Of a stretch of DNA of 64,000 nucleotides, positions 28,813 through 37,780 are shown piece after piece. The notes under the pieces were generated by a model. The model had not been told where the DNA came from. It was given only the letters and a program-made list of their open reading frames with translations, and did no database searches. Every line of letters begins with the position of its first letter. The first letter of the stretch is position 1. The stretch lies in the sequence record NC_041972.1; one strand, given 5' to 3'. The position numbers were made by a program, and so were the translations under genes.

Positions 28813-31305
28813 ATGCTGATTAAATTTATTGAGCTATACAATTATCAGCGATTGAAGAACAAAGGCATCAATCGCATCACCATGACCTTCAGTGAAGTGG
28901 TGCAAGTTATTCTGGGTAAGAACGGCAGTGGTAAGTCATCGCTGATTCGCGAGCTCTCACCACTGCCACCTGCGAATGACGAGTATGATAAAGACGGGTA
29001 CAAACATATCGTCATCGAACACAAAGGCGCGGAGTATGAGTTGTACTCCCAGCCTGGCTCGCCATCACGTCACACCTTTAAGCGTAATGGCGAAGACCTG
29101 AACGAAAGCATGACCATGAATGCGCAGAAGATCTTAGTGAAAGAACACTTTGGGTATACTGCCGAAATCCATGAAGTCTTGCTGGGGATGGTGAATGGGG
29201 TTTCCTTTACTTCCATGACCCCACAGAAACGCCGCGAGTGGTTCACCTTACTGCACCCAACTGACCTGTCGTATGTCATTGAATTGCATCAGGTATTAAA
29301 GGTGATGTTGCGTGACGCCAAAGGCGGGATCAAAACCAGCAACCAGCACTTGACAGACCTGTACGGCCAGCGTCAGGAAGGGGTCACGGTTGAAGCACAA
29401 CAAAGTCAACTGGACGATATCCAACACCGCCGTGATCGCATTGCACGGTTTATCTCGGATGAGTTAGCCGGGAAGAACTTCAAGCAAGAGCTCGATAACG
29501 ACATGTACCGGTTGAAAGATATCGGTGAGCGTTTCCAAGCCAACCCGCCATTACTGTCACGCGACTATCGGTCACGGGAAGATATCTTAACCGAGCTGGA
29601 GAACTGCCGGGCTGAACTGGGTAAGCTGGAGTATGCCCACAAGACCCACAGCAACGAACTGGCTGAGCTTTCAAAGAACGAGATCTTTACCAGTGGCGAT
29701 GCTGAGAAAGACAAAGCAGAACTGGAAGCCTCTAAGCTTGCCATTGCCGAGCATCTTGAACAAAGCCGGGCAGCCCATGCGGATGCGATGAACCGTTTAG
29801 GGGATAACCCTTTATGGCAAAAAATGTACAGTATGCCGTTTGAGCAGGTACGGGTGGTGTTATCGCAGGTGGAGAACCTGATCGATCACCTGTTGCGTAT
29901 GGTGCCGATGGATGAGCGCAAGAACACCTTGATGTTCTATGACCGTGCCCGTCGCAGTCAGTATGATCTGCAGGTGATGATTGAAGGGTTAGAGCAAGAA
30001 GACAAGAAGTACAGTCATCAGCTCTCCCATTTCAATTCAGCCGATAAGACCGAGTGTCCGTCGTGTCACCATCGCTGGGTACCGGGAGTGTCTGAGCGGC
30101 AGATGGAAGAAGTCAAGCAGAAGCACAATGCGGTGAACGTGGAACTCACCACAGCCCGGGAGCGACTGGGTCGGTGTAATGCCTACCTTGAAGCCAATGA
30201 GACTTGGTATCAGGCAGCCAGTGCGTATATCCGCTATACCGAAACCATGCCAGAGTGTCGGGATGTGTTTGAGTGGATGCTGGCGAATGATGTCCTCTAT
30301 ATGGCTAACCGGGAATTCGCGGCTATTCTGCCGACCATCAAGCACGGTATCTTAAGTCGTGAAGCGTTGGCGAACGATGAGCAGCGTCTGGTGCAGATTG
30401 ACAATAAGCTGAAGCTCTTTACCAACGATGCCATTGAGTGGCATACCCGCCGTTACAACGAGCATGAGACAGCTTTAAGTCAGGTAATCAGTCAGACCCA
30501 AGCAATCAATCACACCATGGCGGTGCTAAAGAAAGATCTGCGTCTGGTCGATGACAGTCTGATGATGGCAGAAGTCGCACGGGTCTCAATGGAAGGGGTG
30601 CGGGCCAATACCGGTAACCTGGCTAAGCAGGCGATTGCCAATACGGCCAATGACGAATACCGGATGTTGGGGGATCAACACAAATCCATCACTGCAGGGC
30701 TCTATAACGCACGCTCACTGGAGTCAACCATTCTCAGCACTGAATCCCACGTGCAGTCAATGAAAGCCTCTAAGGACGCGCTGGAGCTCTTGGTGAAGGC
30801 GACCTCACCAACCGAAGGCATTCCGGCTGAACAGTTGTCTGAGTTCATTGAAACCTTTGTCGGTAACATGAACGCGATCATCTCCGATATTTGGGGTGAC
30901 AATCTGCAGATCAAACCGTGTAACATGGAAAACGGTGATCTCTCCTTTAAGTTCCCGTTAATCTCAGGTGACTTTGAAGGCGGAGCGAAAGATGTCTCTG
31001 ACTCCTCAACCGGGGAAGCACAGATCATCAACTACGTCTTCCGGTTAGTGGTGATGCAGTACCTCGGCTTTGAGCAGTATCCGTTGGTCATGGATGAAGC
31101 GGGCGCGAACTTCGATGAAGCACACCGTCCGGCATTAATGAACTACATCAAACGCGCCTCAGAGTCTGGGGTCTATTCGCAGATCTTTTTGATCTCTCAC
31201 TATATCGCACAGCACGGTGTATTAACCCATGCAGAAGTCTGCGCTTTGTCTAACGATGGTGTCGCGCTGCCTGAGACATACAACGACCATGTTGTTATCG
31301 AGTAA
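28813..31305 (+). CDS. sbcC: SbcC/Rad50-like SMC ATPase
   Basis: Walker A GKNGSGKSS, long coiled coils, CPSC zinc hook, variant signature SSTGE, Walker B LVMDE, H-loop LISH. Confidence 0.9.
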   Translation: MLIKFIELYNYQRLKNKGINRITMTFSEVVQVILGKNGSGKSSLIRELSPLPPANDEYDKDGYKHIVIEHKGAEYELYSQPGSPSRHTFKRNGEDLNESMTMNAQKILVKEHFGYTAEIHEVLLGMVNGVSFTSMTPQKRREWFTLLHPTDLSYVIELHQVLKVMLRDAKGGIKTSNQHLTDLYGQRQEGVTVEAQQSQLDDIQHRRDRIARFISDELAGKNFKQELDNDMYRLKDIGERFQANPPLLSRDYRSREDILTELENCRAELGKLEYAHKTHSNELAELSKNEIFTSGDAEKDKAELEASKLAIAEHLEQSRAAHADAMNRLGDNPLWQKMYSMPFEQVRVVLSQVENLIDHLLRMVPMDERKNTLMFYDRARRSQYDLQVMIEGLEQEDKKYSHQLSHFNSADKTECPSCHHRWVPGVSERQMEEVKQKHNAVNVELTTARERLGRCNAYLEANETWYQAASAYIRYTETMPECRDVFEWMLANDVLYMANREFAAILPTIKHGILSREALANDEQRLVQIDNKLKLFTNDAIEWHTRRYNEHETALSQVISQTQAINHTMAVLKKDLRLVDDSLMMAEVARVSMEGVRANTGNLAKQAIANTANDEYRMLGDQHKSITAGLYNARSLESTILSTESHVQSMKASKDALELLVKATSPTEGIPAEQLSEFIETFVGNMNAIISDIWGDNLQIKPCNMENGDLSFKFPLISGDFEGGAKDVSDSSTGEAQIINYVFRLVVMQYLGFEQYPLVMDEAGANFDEAHRPALMNYIKRASESGVYSQIFLISHYIAQHGVLTHAEVCALSNDGVALPETYNDHVVIE

Positions 31306-31325
31306 CTAGGCTTAAGGAGTCTATT

Positions 31326-32726
31326 GTGTCGGCTATTCCTGCTAATCTGTATTACGGTCCTGAGGTTCCGGTCGACGCATTGCCTGGTGCAGTGTTTAAC
31401 GACGGCACATGTTTGTATCGCGGAGGTGAACACGGCTGGTTGTATATGTGTCATCTCCACACAGTTTTAAACACTCTCGATTCGCCTTTGGCGATGTATG
31501 CTGCTGAACCGAACAACGGCACGATCGCCGAGCTTAATGAACCGTTTGCGGTTTACCATCAAGGTAACTGGTTGGAATTGGACAAAGACGCTGCACCAGA
31601 CTTGAATGCGACCGTGGTCTTCAAAGATGAACATGTGGGCGCAATCGCCGCCGACAGCAATAGAACCTGTTTGGTGTTTATGGTCGGCGACATCGTAGCA
31701 CAGGTGGCTTTCAAGGTAACACTGTACCTTTGCCATAAAGGCGAAGTGGTGGGGCTTGGTGACTACGACTACGTTAGCGCCGATAATCTACCGCAGCTGC
31801 AGAGAATGATGTTCGGTAACCGGGGAGGGGGTATGGTTGAATACATGGAACTAGACATCACATCACGGTTTATCGTGAACAAAGGGCATTTGCCGGAAGT
31901 GGGCGATACCTGGATCGATAACGAGTTCAACGAATACGTGTACAGTGCGACACGGCTGTGGGATCGTATTGGTAAGCTTGCCTTTGTGTATAAAGGCAGT
32001 CTGGCTTCCGGTATCGATGCCTTGCGTCACCCCGGCCCGCATAACACCGGCGACACGTACTTGGTTGACAATTTTGCGTATGTCTATAACAAAATCGTGA
32101 ACCGCTTTGTGGTGTTGCAAGTTGATCCGGGTAACGATAACACACCGTTTGATCTCTATCCTGATGGTGCACTCGAACCCATTCCAATGCAGGGGATCTA
32201 TCGCCGCAGCACTGATGCCTTGCCTAGTGAACCCAATGGCTGTGGGTATGTCGTGATCGAGCAGGATGGCAGTCATGTCATCTACAATCAGTACGGGTTG
32301 CGTATTGACTGCGATGTGGTGGAGACCACCGAGCGCACCGAGTCCCGCACACCGATGGTGGTGATCGGCGATAACGCGTTGCTGAGGCTTTATTACGAAG
32401 CCAATGGCATGGACCCTTGTGAAGGGGATGTCTGGGTGAATGATAAACAGCTCATGACCTTCTTTGCTGGCGAATGGACGCTATTGCCCGTGGGTCGCCT
32501 CTACACTGAACGACACCAACCGCTGCGTGATAAAGTTCAGGCATTGCGTGAACTGATTGACAGTGGTCGGTTCAAAAGTGTGATCGACAAAGCCCGAGAG
32601 CAGGAGTTTGAACGCGAGCTGGCCGAATACGACGCTGCCCTCAAACAACCCCAGCTAGAACAAGAACCCAAAGACACCTCTTTCTTTGCACCGATCAAAG
32701 CCTTCTTTAAGCGTTTGATACAGTAA
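31326..32726 (+). CDS. Hypothetical protein with degenerate GDx[WY] repeats
   Basis: GTG start with AAGGAG; 466 aa. Confidence 0.7.
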   Translation: MSAIPANLYYGPEVPVDALPGAVFNDGTCLYRGGEHGWLYMCHLHTVLNTLDSPLAMYAAEPNNGTIAELNEPFAVYHQGNWLELDKDAAPDLNATVVFKDEHVGAIAADSNRTCLVFMVGDIVAQVAFKVTLYLCHKGEVVGLGDYDYVSADNLPQLQRMMFGNRGGGMVEYMELDITSRFIVNKGHLPEVGDTWIDNEFNEYVYSATRLWDRIGKLAFVYKGSLASGIDALRHPGPHNTGDTYLVDNFAYVYNKIVNRFVVLQVDPGNDNTPFDLYPDGALEPIPMQGIYRRSTDALPSEPNGCGYVVIEQDGSHVIYNQYGLRIDCDVVETTERTESRTPMVVIGDNALLRLYYEANGMDPCEGDVWVNDKQLMTFFAGEWTLLPVGRLYTERHQPLRDKVQALRELIDSGRFKSVIDKAREQEFERELAEYDAALKQPQLEQEPKDTSFFAPIKAFFKRLIQ

Positions 32727-32739
32727 AGATCGTAGATCA

Positions 32740-32764
32740 TTTTATTCCTACATTACCAGATTGG
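32740..32764 (+). promoter_or_regulatory. Candidate phage early promoter (CCTACATTAC core)
   Basis: TACATTAC is one mismatch from the phiKZ early core TATATTAC; lies at the head of a small-gene array. Confidence 0.5.
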
Positions 32765-32783
32765 TATAGTCATCGAGGTCATC

Positions 32784-33128
32784 ATGTTAGTGATACTACC
32801 CCTCGGTAATTTGGCCGCACGGATTGATCGTGCGCTCCAGGTTACTGATTACGTGTTCTCTGCTGAAGAGATTGCCGAAGCTGCGGTTCATTACATCAAC
32901 GGAGATGTGGACTGTGCGCTAGATCAGCTCTTTCGCAAGATCAACGCTTTAGATGAGACCTTTGTTGACTTGCCGTATAACACCCCTTCTGACCAAGTAC
33001 TGAAAAAAGTGATTGGTCAGGTAGGGCGTGAAATCAATACCAATCTATTTAACCTCTATCACGACGTCTGTATCCCGCACTTTGTAAGCGCAGGAGAACA
33101 TCAAGTCGTGCTAACTGTCGATATGTAG
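32784..33128 (+). CDS. Hypothetical protein
   Basis: 114 aa, GAGG RBS. Confidence 0.7.
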   Translation: MLVILPLGNLAARIDRALQVTDYVFSAEEIAEAAVHYINGDVDCALDQLFRKINALDETFVDLPYNTPSDQVLKKVIGQVGREINTNLFNLYHDVCIPHFVSAGEHQVVLTVDM

Positions 33129-33137
33129 GAGTTACCC

Positions 33138-33626
33138 ATGAGCAGTATTCATCGCGTCTTTTCCACGGACTTACAAACTATCAAAGACACTCCCGCACCG
33201 GAGCTCGAAGATAGTGTTACGGTCGCCCGGAGGATTGCCATGCAGCAACAGCATCAAACGAGTTTCCTGATACTTTTCAAAGAGCGTGCACGTCAATGCA
33301 CCGATGGCTTTGATAAGTGGCGGATGGATAAAACCAACAACCCTCTGTTTGAACAGACGGCACGCCAGCGTTTAGCGGGCATTGCCATCAACATCTACCA
33401 GGAAGTCACCGGTGAAGTGGTCAACAGCGACACCAGGCACCAGTTGATTAAATGGGCAGAAGACAACAAAGTGATCATCATCAACCATGTGGTCGGCATG
33501 CAGCTGTGGCACCGCATGGTGAACAACACCCCGGCGGAAACCCAGCTCCAGGTGTTCAGTGGTGGTCGGCAAGCCCTGATGTTCTCTTTCAAAATCCCCG
33601 GGGCGAAGCATCCTTATCTTATATAA
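33138..33626 (+). CDS. Hypothetical protein
   Basis: 162 aa, AGGAG RBS. Confidence 0.7.
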   Translation: MSSIHRVFSTDLQTIKDTPAPELEDSVTVARRIAMQQQHQTSFLILFKERARQCTDGFDKWRMDKTNNPLFEQTARQRLAGIAINIYQEVTGEVVNSDTRHQLIKWAEDNKVIIINHVVGMQLWHRMVNNTPAETQLQVFSGGRQALMFSFKIPGAKHPYLI

Positions 33627-33632
33627 GGTGTC

Positions 33633-33965
33633 GTGATGAAGCTGCAATATCATGCTATCATCCCTATCCCCTCTATGCCGGCTATTTGTCAACAGTACGG
33701 TATTTCGCATGAAGGGCTCGTGCGAATGGTATTGGAATACCTGGAGGGGAATGAGTATCAGATGATGAGACGCATCCAAGAACTGCCTGCTGTGACTGAC
33801 CCTGACATGACTGAAGCGGTTGTAGCCGCCGTTTCACGTGCCATGTTGGAGTTCCTGGATTCGTTGCCTGAGGTTAGTACAGGCCAACATATTCGGGATA
33901 TCTATTTGATAGCAGCCCATTCATTAACCGCCCATGTCGGATTCGCTGTGTGCGATGACGAGTAG
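33633..33965 (+). CDS. Hypothetical protein
   Basis: 110 aa, AAGG RBS, tight packing. Confidence 0.65.
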   Translation: MMKLQYHAIIPIPSMPAICQQYGISHEGLVRMVLEYLEGNEYQMMRRIQELPAVTDPDMTEAVVAAVSRAMLEFLDSLPEVSTGQHIRDIYLIAAHSLTAHVGFAVCDDE

Positions 33966-33971
33966 ATTCCC

Positions 33972-34382
33972 ATGACCCTTTATAAAGAACATGTGGTGTT
34001 GTGTATTGTCCAATCTGATGCAGCCACCGAAGCCTGGGCCGAGCTATCGCAGCTAGTTTTCGATAACCCGACTTTGATGTTTGATCAGGAAGACTTTACC
34101 CGCCTCCTTAATTTAGCGTTGGCCGATGACCGGGATGAGATGATCAAATACATCCGCACCGCACTCACGATCGACCTAAATATTGAGCTCATTAATTGGC
34201 TCACAGACAGCATGCTTGACATCGCTTATGCTCTTCGCAAATCGTTACCGGTGTTAACACCCACACAACCCGGAGTTGTGGCCAAGTGTGAGTACCTGTC
34301 CCATTGCAGGCGCAACGTCGTACTAAAAGCTACCATCCTCGAACCATTACCTAAGGAGCATTTGACAGTTATTCACTTCTGA
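33972..34382 (+). CDS. Hypothetical protein
   Basis: 136 aa, tight packing. Confidence 0.65.
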   Translation: MTLYKEHVVLCIVQSDAATEAWAELSQLVFDNPTLMFDQEDFTRLLNLALADDRDEMIKYIRTALTIDLNIELINWLTDSMLDIAYALRKSLPVLTPTQPGVVAKCEYLSHCRRNVVLKATILEPLPKEHLTVIHF

Positions 34383-34456
34383 CTTTGGGAGAAGTGACCA
34401 AGGCCGTGGGGGTATAAGCCTCCACTTAAAGAACCACGACTTCGGTAAAAACCAAA

Positions 34457-35224
34457 ATGAAAAAGATCAACGCGATCCTTCACACCCTCGTGCTGTTTGC
34501 ACTTGTTTTCGTTGCACAATCCTCACTGGTCCACGCTTCGACATCAACTGGAAAAGCTGCCGTCCAGTTTAATCAAGCAGGGTGGGATAAATACAAATCC
34601 ACATTAACCCGAGCCTCGTTAGCATCCGGTGTACCGGTCACTGAGCTCGTGATCTTTACCTCTATTGAGTCTGACTTCAAAGCCAAGGCCCGCAACACGG
34701 CCGGGAGCAATGCAGGCGGACTGACCCAGTTCATTCCAAGTACTTGGCGATCGATGGTGCGAACCCACCACAAAAAGTACGGGTTAAGTAAAAACGTGTC
34801 TCGTTTTAATGCCTATGCCAACGCGGCCATGACCGCAGAGTATATTAAGCAGAACAGGAGCCTTCTACAACAGGCACTAAAACGGGAGATCACCACTGCC
34901 GATGTCTATATGGCTCACTTCCTTGGTCCGGGTACTGCAATTCAAGTCCTGAAGGCCAAAGGCAACCGCTCGATCACATCTGTTGTAAAGGCGACAAAAG
35001 GAAATGCCCGCTTGTTTTACAACAAAGGTCGACCATTAACGGTTGCGCAGTTTAAAGCCAATATGGCCCGCAAAGTGGCTAACCACCGCCAGGTCTATAA
35101 ACCCGTTGCCGTAAAGTACGCTGTACGCTACGAGGAAAACCAACGCCTCGATGCACTTATCGCCAAAGTCAATGATAAGCCAGTCCGCGTCGGGTTTAGC
35201 ACCGCATACGTCAGGGAAATGTAA
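34457..35224 (+). CDS. Lytic transglycosylase (SLT family) with N-terminal signal peptide; candidate endolysin
   Basis: FTSIESDF catalytic Glu, AGGLTQFIPSTW, YMAHFLGPG motifs; MKK + hydrophobic core + VHA cleavage-like site. Confidence 0.85.
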   Translation: MKKINAILHTLVLFALVFVAQSSLVHASTSTGKAAVQFNQAGWDKYKSTLTRASLASGVPVTELVIFTSIESDFKAKARNTAGSNAGGLTQFIPSTWRSMVRTHHKKYGLSKNVSRFNAYANAAMTAEYIKQNRSLLQQALKREITTADVYMAHFLGPGTAIQVLKAKGNRSITSVVKATKGNARLFYNKGRPLTVAQFKANMARKVANHRQVYKPVAVKYAVRYEENQRLDALIAKVNDKPVRVGFSTAYVREM

Positions 35225-35255
35225 AAGTTAACATACCTGCACGATAATATACATT

Positions 35256-35287
35256 GGGAGGGGCGCAGGCCTCTCCCTTTTATGCCG
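35256..35287 (+). terminator. Hairpin + TTTTATGCCG element
   Basis: GGGAGGGGC-GCAG-GCCTCTCCC-TTTTATGCCG. Confidence 0.75.
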
Positions 35288-35318
35288 TTTGAATTTATTA
35301 ACCCCAAGGAGGTTGTGT

Positions 35319-35732
35319 ATGCCTGCGTTATTGCGTGCCGCCAATACCAGTTGTAACACCATTGGCCATGAGTATCACTCCCCGTTAAACGAACAGGTCA
35401 TCATGATTAGCGATAACCAAATGAAAATGTTAATAGCCATGCCTGCGAGCAAACTGAATCTATTAACACGTAATCCGGTCTACGCTGACAATGGTATCGA
35501 ATCGGTGTTCGTGCATCCCCGGTTCATTGAGCTGGCTGGCCTGATCTAGTTAAGTGCCTATGCCAAAGACCCCGCATGGCAGCAACATGACCTCAGTAGC
35601 ATGATGGTCTACGTTGGGATGGTTGGGCGTAACAATGTTCGTCTGGTTGAAGTAAACGCCCACCTGGCCAGTTGCGGCATGCTCACGTTGCGCCGTAGTG
35701 CCCTTGAGTTTGCCAAACCCGTTATGTCTTAA
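35319..35732 (+). pseudogene. ORF interrupted by a single in-frame TAG (35547-35549)
   Basis: AAGGAGG RBS, 76 codons, TAG, then 60 further sense codons in the same frame to TAA 35730-35732. Confidence 0.55.
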
Positions 35733-35777
35733 TGGACAAACACTTACTATTATCTGTTAATTAATCTGGAGTGCCTT

Positions 35778-36224
35778 ATGATTCAACCTATTAACGTTCC
35801 CGGGATGGTGATCAATCCCGAAGTCTCCCGTGAAGTGATCTTAATGACCAGTGAACAACTGGACCGTTTCTCGATTGCTGCCTTCGACATGCTGGCGCTG
35901 GGCAATACCGTGTTCAGTGGCGAGTTCGGCAGTTATGTTACACCGTCACGTGACGAGTTCATGCAGGCTTACCTGCGTCCACTGCAAGCCCCTGACTCGG
36001 TACGCCGTTACAATGAGATCGATCAAACCCAAGTGGCTTGTCTAGTCGATTCAATTACCCGTAACGAAAAAGGTGATCTGATTGGGCGGGTGATCCCGCA
36101 TGGTCCGAATGGCCCGAAACTTGAGAAGCTGTTTAAAGAAAAGAAACAGAAGTTCAAAGTCTTTCCACGACTCAAGTGGGAAAATGGCTGGAAGTTCGTG
36201 GCCTTTGATGTGGGGTATAAGTAA
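35778..36224 (+). CDS. Prohead-protease (T4 gp21/S80)-fold paralog, catalytic motifs degenerate
   Basis: GEFG..IDQTQVACLVDSIT..GDLIGRVIPHGPNGPKLEKLF..KVFPR parallels T4 gp21 GELNHP..VDPMQAAIIIEDM..DVYGRA..GPGDKLAA..GVSSR (recalled). Confidence 0.55.
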   Translation: MIQPINVPGMVINPEVSREVILMTSEQLDRFSIAAFDMLALGNTVFSGEFGSYVTPSRDEFMQAYLRPLQAPDSVRRYNEIDQTQVACLVDSITRNEKGDLIGRVIPHGPNGPKLEKLFKEKKQKFKVFPRLKWENGWKFVAFDVGYK

Positions 36225-36545
36225 ATGGTACGCGCCGATACAACCATCGCAACAAAAGGAAAGGTTGTACGCTTGAGTGTCACCGGCTACGGGGTGATGA
36301 GCATGGATGGGGTTATGGTGGATGATCCTAAGCAGCGCGTGAACATGCGCACTGCCCACCCCAGCCAAAGTTGTTACCCACTACCGGGTGAAAAGAAATG
36401 GTACGAAGTTAAACGGGTAGAACAGACAGCCAATGGTTGGTGTTATCCGGTGGTCGGGTTATTTAAGTATCCCGGTGATGCCACAAACTTTATTCAATCC
36501 CTTATTCAGAAATACAAACTCGATCAGGAAAAACCTCATGAGTGA
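36225..36545 (+). CDS. Hypothetical protein
   Basis: 106 aa, abuts upstream stop. Confidence 0.6.
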   Translation: MVRADTTIATKGKVVRLSVTGYGVMSMDGVMVDDPKQRVNMRTAHPSQSCYPLPGEKKWYEVKRVEQTANGWCYPVVGLFKYPGDATNFIQSLIQKYKLDQEKPHE

Positions 36546-37017
36546 AATTACCGTAAAAGTTGTTGGCCCAATTCAAGCGGGTAAAACTGCAATCGCCTCT
36601 TTATTGGACAATGCCCTGCGTGCCAATGGTATCACGGCAAAGATCCAGTCCGACTCAGCGCTGTCCTATCTGCGTGAAGCCAAGAACCACGTCCCAACCA
36701 ATGTCAGTGTCACGATCATTGACGGTACCGCTGACGGGGTGCGTGAATTTGGTAACAGTGATGATGTCATTCCAATCCGCGGTCGCATCATGGGTATCGA
36801 AGTCCAACCGGTCAAATACACCCCCGCTGAAGCGACAGTGGTTGCACTGGCCGATGCTAACGCCTTTGCCGTGTATCGCCGTGAATGGCTGAACAATGCT
36901 TCGCTGGCCGTCTGGGTGGGTGACTTCCACGTTGAGAGCGATGCCATTGACTGCGCCAACACCCTGGCTGAGAAATACGGCACCGCCGCTGACTTCCTTT
37001 ACAAGGCAGGTTTGTAA
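36538..37017 (+). CDS. Hypothetical protein with N-terminal P-loop-like motif
   Basis: ATG 36538 overlaps upstream gene end; VVGPIQAGKT. Confidence 0.65.
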   Translation: MSEITVKVVGPIQAGKTAIASLLDNALRANGITAKIQSDSALSYLREAKNHVPTNVSVTIIDGTADGVREFGNSDDVIPIRGRIMGIEVQPVKYTPAEATVVALADANAFAVYRREWLNNASLAVWVGDFHVESDAIDCANTLAEKYGTAADFLYKAGL

Positions 37018-37019
37018 CC

Positions 37020-37289
37020 ATGCGTCAGTTTACTCCTGAGATGAAAGAAACGTTAAACGAACTCGAGCGTGAGTTAGCCCACATTCGTTTAACGCAACCG
37101 AACCGGATTAACACACTGATCAAAACCAAGTGTTTTAGCCTGGCCCGGAAAACAAAGTCACCGCACGTCAAACGGGTTCTGCAGTCAATTACCGCTACCC
37201 CGTTGTCGGTTGTAAAGTTAGAAGAAGTTCTGAAGCTTTACCATGAAGTGGATAGTGGTGAAGTGGAACTCTCTATCCAACAGGTTTGA
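37020..37289 (+). CDS. Hypothetical helical protein
   Basis: 89 aa, tight packing. Confidence 0.6.
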   Translation: MRQFTPEMKETLNELERELAHIRLTQPNRINTLIKTKCFSLARKTKSPHVKRVLQSITATPLSVVKLEEVLKLYHEVDSGEVELSIQQV

Positions 37290-37762
37290 GGGGGGTAGAA
37301 TGGCGTTGGCTTTCGATTCTTAACGAGTCGGACTTCAACGCAATGACTTTCCTCGCGGTGAAACAATACCACGCTCAGTCTATCTACTGGAAACGACTGG
37401 GTGTGGATTGGAACACCCCTAAGCCTGAGACTGTCCACAAGTTTATGGCGACCTATGTGAAGAATGCCCCGATCAAACTGATGATCCGTAACGCGGATGC
37501 GGTGATGATTGGGTTTGCACTACTCAGTACCGAACGCACGGATAAAGGACTTGTCTGTCACATCGACGAGGTGTTTATCGACGAACCCTATCGTAATAAG
37601 GGCATTGGTAAGAAAACGCTTATTAGGATTAAACGGCACGCCGAAAAACAGAAGATCGCTGCATTGACCTTGAACGTCAGTGCTGCCAATCCCGTTCGCG
37701 CACTTTATGAACGTATGGGGTTTGAGCCAGTGCAGGTGAAATACCAGATGCGGCTGGGCTGA
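37286..37762 (+). CDS. GNAT-family acetyltransferase (start uncertain)
   Basis: HIDEVFIDEPYRNKGIGKK (motif A, R/QxxGxG) and LNVSAANPVRALYERMGF (motif B). Confidence 0.85.
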   Translation: MRGVEWRWLSILNESDFNAMTFLAVKQYHAQSIYWKRLGVDWNTPKPETVHKFMATYVKNAPIKLMIRNADAVMIGFALLSTERTDKGLVCHIDEVFIDEPYRNKGIGKKTLIRIKRHAEKQKIAALTLNVSAANPVRALYERMGFEPVQVKYQMRLG

Positions 37763-37780
37763 CCTAGTGAGGAGTTTGTC

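Noticed and set aside
28813-31305. Complete SbcCD or a defence-type SMC system
   Set aside because: No SbcD/Mre11 nuclease or Wadjet-like partners adjacent in this window; consistent with a dispersed phage recombination gene.
35547-35549. Genome-wide TAG recoding (alternative genetic code)
   Set aside because: Other TAG stops (e.g. 2689, 14914, 33128) end genes cleanly and long genes are not fragmented by TAG.
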